Shown here: piece by piece, positions 1 through 8,053 of the stretch
Position numbering within the stretch: the first letter of the stretch is position 1
Layout of the letters: each line of letters begins with the position of its first letter
DNA from: a virus
Virus record (IMG/VR): IMGVR_UViG_3300032293_001706
Span: 32,001 to 96,000 of that record
Direction: 5' to 3' (one strand)
Length of the DNA: 64,000 nucleotides
The notes under the pieces: model-generated
What the model was told of the DNA's origin: nothing
Seen by the model: the letters and a program-made list of their open reading frames with translations, nothing else
Databases searched by the model: none
Position numbers and translations under genes: made by a program

Positions 1-155
1 GCTTTCCTAATCTTTTCTCTTTTTAATGTTGATTTTTTAACGTGCTCTTTCCGTCTTTTTAATTCCTCAATTTGTCCACTGGTAATCACTTTAGATTTAT
101 ATTTTTTAAGTGCCTTATCCAAATTTTCACTTTTTTCTACTTTTATTATAATCAT
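1..155 (-). CDS. rpsU: Ribosomal protein bS21 (partial, 3' end beyond window start)
   Basis: Hand translation from ATG at 155 gives MIIIKVEKSENLDKALKKYKSKVITSGQIEELKRRKEHVKKSTLKREKIRKA, open to base 1. Matches the bS21 pattern (E-x-x-D/E-x-AL-K-x-x-K ... EL-x-x-R ... K-x-S) and resembles Bacteroidota S21. Not in the ORF track. Confidence 0.88.
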   Translation of the reverse strand, partial: MIIIKVEKSENLDKALKKYKSKVITSGQIEELKRRKEHVKKSTLKREKIRK

Positions 156-172
156 ATTTCCTATTTTATCAG

Positions 173-180
173 ATAAATAT
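173..180 (-). promoter_or_regulatory. Candidate late promoter motif (ATATTTAT) upstream of bS21
   Basis: Same motif precedes most structural gene starts in the window; lies 17 nt before the ATG. Confidence 0.55.
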
Positions 181-274
181 AACAATTTTTTTATTATGAA
201 ACTTATAATTTGTTTAATAATTTATTTTTTATTATATTACGAGAAAATAAACAATAATAAAATGAAAAAGTTAG

Positions 275-724
275 GTGATGAAAAAAGGGAAAACGTCCAA
301 ATTGGACTTATACAATGAATGTAAATGTTATTATGGTAGCGTAGATACAACAGAATTAAAATCAATTTATTTGGTATTACAAACGTGGGTAACACCAACT
401 GTCGAAAAAGAAAATTGGAACACAACGGTGGGTTCAATAACAAGGACAATAAAACATAAAATATATGAACTCTTAAATCGAGAAATGTTTAGAGACCGAT
501 TTATAGTTGATTTGGATTTAAGGACCAGCGGATTAAAAACATCAAAATCATCATTTTTAAATTTGGAAATAACTTTCTTTACAAAAGAAAATATCGAATT
601 TAAATCAAATAAATTATGTGATGAATTAAAGAAAATTACCGAAGAAATATATCATGATGTATTATCAAATTCAAAATATTTTACAATTCAATACTCAAAA
701 ACAAGAGAAAAAGTAAAACTTTGA
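275..724 (+). CDS. Conserved phage hypothetical protein
   Basis: 149 aa ORF filling the gap between bS21 and the prohead protease; no family recognised. Confidence 0.6.
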   Translation: MMKKGKTSKLDLYNECKCYYGSVDTTELKSIYLVLQTWVTPTVEKENWNTTVGSITRTIKHKIYELLNREMFRDRFIVDLDLRTSGLKTSKSSFLNLEITFFTKENIEFKSNKLCDELKKITEEIYHDVLSNSKYFTIQYSKTREKVKL

Positions 725-758
725 CATTCTATTATATTTATAGTGAAAAGAAATTATA

Positions 759-1478
759 ATGGAAAGACAACACAGACTAAATGACGGTAGATATCTCTTA
801 ATTGAGTATGATGCAGGCAGCGTAAGTTGGAAAGATTCCTTAACTGAAAATTTTCATTCTGCAGGTAAAACTCAACTCGAACATTCAAAACCATTTATAT
901 TTTATGCAACATTACAAAAATATGGTGTTCCTAATAGAAATGGAAGAATTTATCCTGAAAGGATATTAAAAAGAGAAGCTGACAAATATAAGATGTTGAT
1001 TGAAAAAGGATTATCAACATCTGAATTAAATCACCCTGAATCATCATTAATTGACTTGGACAGGGTTTCACATATCATTGATGATATTTGGTGGGACGAT
1101 AACGTCTTAATGGGTAAATTAAGACTATTAACATCGCCAGGTTTCCACGAAAGAGGTGTCGTATCAACAAAAGGTGACATCGCAGCAAACTTAATGAGAC
1201 AAGGTGTAAGGATGGGTATATCTTCAAGAGGGGTAGGTTCTTTGGAAAAAAGAGGTGAATACAACGAAGTGAAAGATGATTATGAATTTATTTGTTTTGA
1301 CTTGGTTATGAATCCTTCAACACCTGGAGCGTATCTTTATCTTAATAAAGATGATAGAAAATTATATGATGAAAATTTGGAGTCAGATAAAAAAACAATT
1401 CAAACAACAAATTATGGTGGTTTAGATAAATCACTTGACTTAATGACAAAATTAAACGATTTTTTGGGATATAGATAA
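759..1478 (+). CDS. gp21: Prohead core protease (T4 gp21-like)
   Basis: NRNGRIYP, ELNHP (catalytic His), ISSRGVGS (catalytic Ser), DLVMNPSTPGA; upstream of scaffold and capsid genes. Confidence 0.93.
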   Translation: MERQHRLNDGRYLLIEYDAGSVSWKDSLTENFHSAGKTQLEHSKPFIFYATLQKYGVPNRNGRIYPERILKREADKYKMLIEKGLSTSELNHPESSLIDLDRVSHIIDDIWWDDNVLMGKLRLLTSPGFHERGVVSTKGDIAANLMRQGVRMGISSRGVGSLEKRGEYNEVKDDYEFICFDLVMNPSTPGAYLYLNKDDRKLYDENLESDKKTIQTTNYGGLDKSLDLMTKLNDFLGYR

Positions 1479-1489
1479 AATTAATTATT

Positions 1490-1696
1490 ATGGACCAAAA
1501 ATTCTTTGTAGCAAAAATTCAGTATGACCTGATTGATGATTCAGGTAAATTAAAAAAAGTAAGGGAAGAAAAACTTGTTAAGGGGTATTCTGTTACCGAT
1601 GTGGAAGCTAAAGTCACAGAAAAATTTAAAGGGTTTCAGCACGATTGGAGAATAACCGCAGTTGCTGAAAGCAAGATTGACGAAGTGTTTGAATAA
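1490..1696 (+). CDS. DUF4494-like small protein
   Basis: FFVAKIQY..GKLKKVREEKLVKGYSVTDVEAKV..ITAVAESKIDEVF resembles the Bacteroidota DUF4494 pattern. Confidence 0.6.
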   Translation: MDQKFFVAKIQYDLIDDSGKLKKVREEKLVKGYSVTDVEAKVTEKFKGFQHDWRITAVAESKIDEVFE

Positions 1697-1718
1697 TATT
1701 TTATTACTTTTTTTTGAG

Positions 1719-1750
1719 AAAAACCCGATTTTTATCGGGTTTTTTTATTT
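1719..1750 (+). terminator. Intrinsic terminator
   Basis: AAAAACCCGAT-TTTT-ATCGGGTTTTT perfect stem followed by T-run, after the 1490-1696 gene. Confidence 0.85.
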
Positions 1751-1826
1751 TTATCCCATCCCAACTTAACTTTTTTGCAATATGTACATATTTATATGAA
1801 AAATAAAGAAAATTTATTGCTAAAAA

Positions 1827-3128
1827 ATGAGTACAGAAAAAAAATCATTAGTTGAAGAAGCTTTACTACAAATGAAAAATTTGCAGAATGTAGTTTCTGA
1901 AAATGCAAAAGGAATACTTTCTTCTACAATGAAGGAAGAAATCGAAGAGTTGGTAAAAGAGTCTTTGGAAGAAGAGACTGAAGATGAAATAATGGGTAGT
2001 GAGTCTTACACAGAAGAAGGTCCCGAAGGGATGGAAGGTGAAGAAGAAGATTCTATGACCATTGATATGTCAAACACAGACATGGGTGATGATTCGGAAG
2101 AAATTACAATGTCAAATGTTGACATGACAGACGATGAAATCGAACCTTTGGACATGACAAATGCATCAGATGATGAATTGTTGAAGATTGTTTTGGGTAT
2201 GGGTGATGAGGATAGACTTATCGTTCAAAAATCAGGAGACAATATTCAAGCTGACATGTTGACCAAAACTGATTCAATGTCTTTCCCAGCACAAGGTGAA
2301 CTTGAAATGGGTGATGAATCTGAAATTGACTATGAAAATGAAATGGGTGACGATTCTGAGGAATCAGAAGAAATTGTCTATGAAATCGAAATGGAAGATG
2401 ATGAAGATGAAATGGAAGATGATGAAGATGAAAAAGAAGGTATGATGGAGTCAAAAGGTAAAACTTATCTTGGTGTAGGTATGGGTAAAGGACCTAAAAA
2501 AGATGTTTTCAAAAAAGGTGAAAACATGGGTAAAGGATTCAATGATGATAAAAAATTCGCACCTGAAGCTAAAAAGTTTGTTAAAGGTGAATTTAAAGAA
2601 TCCGCAATCGAAGAAATTGAAGAGGAATCCAATGAAGGAGAAATGGAAGAAGCTGCAAGAACTTTGGGTAATGGTAAAAGAAATTTCCCAAAAAGGCATG
2701 GTCTTCCAAAAATGAAAGTTGTAACCAACAGTGCTTTAGAAGAAGAAGTTAGAGTTTTAAGGTTGAAAAATGAAGAATACAGAAAAGCTCTTAACATCTT
2801 CAGAGAAAAACTTAATGAGGTTGCAGTTTTCAATTCAAATTTGGCTTACGCTACAAGATTGTTCACTGAACACACAACTACAAAACAAGAAAAAATAAAC
2901 ATCATGAGACGTTTTGATAACGTCGAAACAATCAAGGAATCTAAAAACCTTTATAGTCTAATTAAAGACGAATTGGGTTCTAAGAGTAATAACGTTGTGA
3001 AAGAATCTATCGTTGAAAACATCGATAGAACACCTTCAAACGGTTCTACAAACTTGATTGAAAGTAAGACATATGAAAATCCACAATTCCTAAGAATGAA
3101 GGATTTAATGTCAAAATTAAACAAATAA
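1827..3128 (+). CDS. Prohead scaffolding/core protein (gp22-like)
   Basis: Highly acidic centre, coiled-coil C-terminus, many (I/L/V)xE motifs, located between protease and major capsid gene. Confidence 0.75.
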   Translation: MSTEKKSLVEEALLQMKNLQNVVSENAKGILSSTMKEEIEELVKESLEEETEDEIMGSESYTEEGPEGMEGEEEDSMTIDMSNTDMGDDSEEITMSNVDMTDDEIEPLDMTNASDDELLKIVLGMGDEDRLIVQKSGDNIQADMLTKTDSMSFPAQGELEMGDESEIDYENEMGDDSEESEEIVYEIEMEDDEDEMEDDEDEKEGMMESKGKTYLGVGMGKGPKKDVFKKGENMGKGFNDDKKFAPEAKKFVKGEFKESAIEEIEEESNEGEMEEAARTLGNGKRNFPKRHGLPKMKVVTNSALEEEVRVLRLKNEEYRKALNIFREKLNEVAVFNSNLAYATRLFTEHTTTKQEKINIMRRFDNVETIKESKNLYSLIKDELGSKSNNVVKESIVENIDRTPSNGSTNLIESKTYENPQFLRMKDLMSKLNK

Positions 3129-3159
3129 ACTAAACTAAACAAATTAATAAAAAACTAAA

Positions 3160-4965
3160 ATGGGAGCATTATTAGAATCAGGTCTTGTTGGTAACATCGG
3201 TCTTAAACACCTAAAAGTTATCAAAGAAGATACAATTAACAAATGGGACAGACTTGGGTTCCTAGAAGGGTTGAAAGGACATGTTAAAGAAAACATCGCT
3301 CAACTTTATGAAAACCAAGCATCACACTTAATAAACGAAGCTGCTAGCACATCTTCAGACGGTTCTTTCGAAACGGTTGTATTCCCAATCGTAAGAAGAG
3401 TTTTCTCTAAGTTGTTGGCTAACGACATCGTTTCTGTACAAGCAATGAACTTACCTATCGGTAAATTGTTCTACTTCGTACCTAAAATTCAGGGTTATAC
3501 TACAGGTCAAGACCCAACTGCTGGTGGAAACCATTATGCACCTTTCGGAGCCCCTAATGGTCCTGCATCACCTGATACAGGTTACGCATCAACAGATAAA
3601 AACTTGTATGACAGATTCTATGAAGGTAATGAAGCGACTTTGGACCCTCCTGGATTGTTTGATTACTCAAAAGGTGCATTCAGTTCTGTTACCGCAAGTG
3701 TAACAACAGTTGCATGGTCTTCAGGTTCTTTAGTGGCGTCAGGTTATGGTGCTGGTGAGTACAGAAAAGTATTGTTGGCAATGTCAGGTTTCGCATCTGG
3801 CGGAGCTGGTAAACTTATCGGTCCTGACGGTCAAGTAATGGATAACGAATCTTTCTTGGGAGACTTAACTGTTAAGGCGGTAACAACTGCAGGTGGAGCT
3901 TTCTCAGGATTAGGTGGAAATGCGTTGTTATTTAGAGTTGTTACTCAGAAATACGGTAAAGGTATCGTTCAATACGGAACATCATCTACATTAGCGTTCC
4001 CAACTGGAGGTGGAAACGGCGGTGAGTATGATAACCTTTGTGACGCAAATGGTATTATCTATTTGGAAGTTGATGCACAAGTTCCATGTTCTATAGGAGC
4101 TGGTTCATTGGATGGTTATTCTGGATTAACTACTACTATTGCAGGTGATTCCGGTATTAATACTGAATTTGTATGTACATACAGAGCGTATAAAGAAATG
4201 GAATTCGAAGACCAAATTGGCGAAGTTTCTTTCGACTTGGAATCAGTAACTGTTTCTGTAACTGAAAGAAAACTAAGAGCACAATGGTCTCCTGAATTGG
4301 CTCAGGACGTTGCAGCGTTCCATAACATTGACGCAGAAGCTGAATTGACAGCGTTGTTATCAGAACAGGTAGCAGCTGAAATCGACAGAGAAATCTTGAG
4401 AGACTTGAGAAAAGCGGCAGCTTGGACATTGAGATGGGATTACAACGGTTGGAAAAGAGGCACTGCATCAAATCCATTAACACAATACACTCAGAAAGAT
4501 TGGAACCAAACATTGATTACCGCAATCAACCAAATTTCTGCTCAAATCCACAAATCAACACTTCGTGGTGGTGCTAACTGGATTGTTGTATCTTCTGAAA
4601 TCAGTGCAATCTTTGATGACTTGGAATACTTCCACGTATCAAACGCATCTCCTGAACAGGACCAATACAACATGGGTATCGAAAGAGTTGGTACATTGGC
4701 AGGTAGATATCAAGTGTATAGAGACCCTTACTTCCCACCAAACACAGTATTGATGGGTCACAAAGGTAGTTCTCTATTGGACACTGGATATGTATACGCT
4801 CCATATGTTCCTCTACAGTTGACTCCAACAATGTATAACCCATTCAATTTCACACCTATCAAGGGTATAATGACAAGATACGCTAAGAAGGTAGTAAACA
4901 ACCGTTTCTACGGTAAAATTACAGTTGATGGTGTTAGAACATTTGATTTGAGAGAATTGAGATAA
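3160..4965 (+). CDS. gp23: Major capsid protein (T4 gp23-like)
   Basis: IVSVQAMNLPIG, RKLRAQWSPELAQD, IDAEAEL..LSEQVAAEIDREI, YAPYVPL, F.PIKGIMTRY; strong highly-expressed codon bias. Confidence 0.96.
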   Translation: MGALLESGLVGNIGLKHLKVIKEDTINKWDRLGFLEGLKGHVKENIAQLYENQASHLINEAASTSSDGSFETVVFPIVRRVFSKLLANDIVSVQAMNLPIGKLFYFVPKIQGYTTGQDPTAGGNHYAPFGAPNGPASPDTGYASTDKNLYDRFYEGNEATLDPPGLFDYSKGAFSSVTASVTTVAWSSGSLVASGYGAGEYRKVLLAMSGFASGGAGKLIGPDGQVMDNESFLGDLTVKAVTTAGGAFSGLGGNALLFRVVTQKYGKGIVQYGTSSTLAFPTGGGNGGEYDNLCDANGIIYLEVDAQVPCSIGAGSLDGYSGLTTTIAGDSGINTEFVCTYRAYKEMEFEDQIGEVSFDLESVTVSVTERKLRAQWSPELAQDVAAFHNIDAEAELTALLSEQVAAEIDREILRDLRKAAAWTLRWDYNGWKRGTASNPLTQYTQKDWNQTLITAINQISAQIHKSTLRGGANWIVVSSEISAIFDDLEYFHVSNASPEQDQYNMGIERVGTLAGRYQVYRDPYFPPNTVLMGHKGSSLLDTGYVYAPYVPLQLTPTMYNPFNFTPIKGIMTRYAKKVVNNRFYGKITVDGVRTFDLRELR

Positions 4966-4983
4966 TCTAACTCAACCTAATAT

Positions 4984-5013
4984 AAAAAGGGACGATTTAT
5001 TCGTCCCTTTTTT
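4984..5013. terminator. Bidirectional intrinsic terminator
   Basis: AAAAAGGGACGA-TTTAT-TCGTCCCTTTTT between the convergent capsid and endonuclease genes. Confidence 0.88.
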
Positions 5014-6628
5014 ATTTTAAAACCATTTCATATTTTAAATTCCCTGTATCCCATATTTTATCATAACCCAATTCAATCATGATTTGATTTTCGGTTTTAT
5101 TTGAATCGTGTCCCATTTTAACTAAAACATCTTTTCTAAAATTAAATCGATAATATCTATGTATATAGTTTTTTGTGTAATAATAATTTGGTTTTGTTAT
5201 ACCAATAAAATTAAAACCCACTTTACCATAAAAACAATACTCATCAGACGGGGACCAATTTCTGTCGGCATATGTAATAATTCTATTGGGTTTATGTTCT
5301 TTAATAAAATGGTTCAATAATTTGGTGAACCCTCCAATAACATTTAAACTACAATATCTGTATATTTCATAATCCTTTAGTTTTTCATTTTTATTACCTA
5401 ATGGTCTTCTCAAATTACCAAAAGTTAACAATGATACTATTTTATCATTGTACTTTAACGCATAAAAAATAGAAGACTTGTCATTCCCTTGTAGATGATT
5501 ATCGTCTAAAAATTTTTTCTTTTCAATTTTACTTATTTGTTCAATTGTACATTTCCTTGCGTATATTTTTTCATTTTTTATATTAGTTAAGTTTTTGAGT
5601 CGCTCTTTTATTATTTCTTTTTTGGATTCCCATTCATCGGAAAATATGTGAATAAGTCTAATTTTGTTATCTAAACATTTTATTGTTTTATCTATATGAT
5701 ATTTCTTAGTTTTTCCTTGTTTTTCAGAATGCCAATAAAGACCATTAAATTCTATTCCTATATTAAAATCAGGTAAAAAAATGTCTAATTCAGTACCATT
5801 TAAAATTTTTTTAGTATTTGTTTCATATTTAATACCCAACGTATCTAAAAAAGAACATATTTCAATTTCAGATTTACTTCTATACGTTATATTGTTATTC
5901 GAATTAATTAAATTTTGATTAAAGATATTGTTTAATTTTGTGGAAATTATATTATCTCCGTACAAAAGTTTGTATTTATCAACTGTTATATCGTGTAATT
6001 TTAAATAAGTATTCGATAAAATTTTTAATTTTTCATCACATATATTACAAATTATATAGTTTTCTTTATCATTAAATAATTCATTACGTTCCTCAAATTG
6101 TTTAAAAGTGTTAAAGTAATTAATATATTGTGGGTACTGTTCAATAAAATCGGATACTGATACATGTTCCTTTTCAATATGTTTTGTAAACGACCCACTC
6201 TTATTTTTTAAATCAGTTGTTTCCCAATTACATATCGGACAAATTAATTGAGGTAATTCAATAACTTCTATTTTATTAAAGAATTCATTATGAAAATGAA
6301 CTCCATGTTCTTTAAAAAACATTCTACGTTTAAAAGAGGACGGGATGTCAACGTCAGGATAACATTCTTTAATGTGGGTAGTTATTGAACCACTTTTATT
6401 TTCATAATCGTTGAACTTTTTAGAACACTTTTTACATTCTAAAATGTGTGGTGTTATTATAATATTTTTATTGTTCGTGTATTTTACTTTACCACCGACT
6501 TTTTTGATAGGTATATTATTATTTTTTAGTATGGTTTTTAATTTTAATTTACCTATTTTATATTCTTTACATATCTTATCAAGAGATGAATCTGCTTCTA
6601 AATATTTTTTAATTATTTCATGTTCCAT
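5012..6628 (-). mobile_element. Free-standing Hef-like homing endonuclease (Zn fingers + Vsr/DUF559-like nuclease + GNAT-like C-terminus)
   Basis: Three CxxC units; ELDIFLPDFNIGIEFNGLYWHS nuclease motif; KIYARKC..HLQG..TYADRNWS..Y.KVGF C-terminal domain; antisense insertion right after the capsid gene. Confidence 0.72.
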
Positions 6629-6669
6629 TATTATAAGTATACGTAATAACGGAATAAAGTCAAACAGTT

Positions 6670-6888
6670 TTAATTTTCGTTTACATCATTTTGTGGTAGG
6701 TATAGTTTCCTAATTGATTTTGAAATAATTTCAGATTCATTTAATGTAAACACACCTTGTGTATAAGCGTATTTTATACCTTCTTTAAGAAAGAAAATTG
6801 CCTGTTCATGAGTTATAGATGAAATAAGTTTTTCAAACTCTTCATCATTATTAAATTTTAACGTACCAAAAATATTGTAATTATTCAT
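6670..6888 (-). CDS. Hypothetical protein
   Basis: 72 aa ORF with plausible composition; ends ..GVFTLNESEIISKSIR. Confidence 0.55.
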   Translation of the reverse strand: MNNYNIFGTLKFNNDEEFEKLISSITHEQAIFFLKEGIKYAYTQGVFTLNESEIISKSIRKLYLPQNDVNEN

Positions 6889-6925
6889 TTGTGTAGATAT
6901 TTATATGGTATAAAATAAATAATTA

Positions 6926-8053
6926 ATGTCAAAAGATAAAGATTCTTTTCTTAAAATCATTAAGGAAACAACAAATACTGGTGGTTCAGGTTCATATAGA
7001 CCACCAATTAGTCCAGGTTTAAAATTATGGGATAAATCATCATTAGGACCATTTACAGACCCTGTATCTAACTATGTTAGTTCAGAGCTTCAATATGATA
7101 GTTATGACGGTATAATAGATAGTAAAGACATTAAAACAAAGGAACATAAAGCAAGAAAAATTTCACAAGAATTGAAAAGAAAACAACAAAATCAAGACGA
7201 TGATGGTTTAGGAGCTGGAAGACTTAGCGGAACAGGAATCGGTGGAGATATATCTGAACAATTAGAAAAAATTCAAAAGATATTAGCCGAAGATTTAGCC
7301 GTATGGTTTGGGACCAAGAAAAAACCTAAAGGTAGTAAACAACCAAAAGGTCCTTGGGTTAATATTTGTAGAAAAGATAAAAATGGTAAACACCCTCCTT
7401 GTGGGAGGTCCGATACATCAAAAGACGCATATCCAAAATGTAGAGCAGCCGGTGTTGCAGGAAAAATGACAGATTCCCAAAAGAAATCTGCCTGTGCTCA
7501 AAAAAGAAGAGCCGAGAAAAAGGACACACAAACAGGTAAGGGTCAAAAACCTGTATATACATCATATAAACCAAAAAAAGAAAGTATAATACCTAAAGAA
7601 GTATTATTAGAAAAGTTTAAAGTAGAACCTCACGAATATGAAAAATTATATGAAGATGATAATTTTTTATTGGTAATTCCATTAACTTTTGAAGCGTCTT
7701 GTAAGTATGGCGCAGGAACTAAATGGTGTACAACATCAAAAGATAAAGACGATATGTTTGAGAAACATTTTAAAATGGGTTCACTAGGTTATCTTATAGT
7801 TAAAAATAAAAACTTACAAGATAAATTGCAATCAACAAAATATGGTTTATTTGCTAATAGACCTAATAAGAACTTTTTGGGTGGGAATTATCCTGCTCCA
7901 CAAGGTATAATTGTTTATGACGATAAAAATAATATTATCGATAACAATAAGATAATTAATCTATTTGACCGTGTAGATTTGTATGATACTTTAAGAAAGA
8001 TTATTCGTCAATTTACTTTATATAGTGAAGACAAGTTTAAAAAAATTAACTAA
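6926..8053 (+). CDS. Multi-module probable internal head protein
   Basis: Basic Cys-rich module (GPWVNIC..HPPCGR..YPKC) then an ASCKYGAGTKWCT module, separated by xxE motifs; TATTTAT upstream at 6897-6905. Confidence 0.55.
   Translation: MSKDKDSFLKIIKETTNTGGSGSYRPPISPGLKLWDKSSLGPFTDPVSNYVSSELQYDSYDGIIDSKDIKTKEHKARKISQELKRKQQNQDDDGLGAGRLSGTGIGGDISEQLEKIQKILAEDLAVWFGTKKKPKGSKQPKGPWVNICRKDKNGKHPPCGRSDTSKDAYPKCRAAGVAGKMTDSQKKSACAQKRRAEKKDTQTGKGQKPVYTSYKPKKESIIPKEVLLEKFKVEPHEYEKLYEDDNFLLVIPLTFEASCKYGAGTKWCTTSKDKDDMFEKHFKMGSLGYLIVKNKNLQDKLQSTKYGLFANRPNKNFLGGNYPAPQGIIVYDDKNNIIDNNKIINLFDRVDLYDTLRKIIRQFTLYSEDKFKKIN

Noticed and set aside
2388-2429. 21 bp tandem repeat
   Set aside because: In-frame EMEDDED x2 within the acidic scaffold; a coding low-complexity repeat, not CRISPR.
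2218-2833. Several short ORFs overlapping the scaffold gene (and similar shadow ORFs over the capsid, spike, polB, sheath and tape measure genes)
   Set aside because: Antisense or alternate-frame products of biased codon usage, with no motifs or expression signals.
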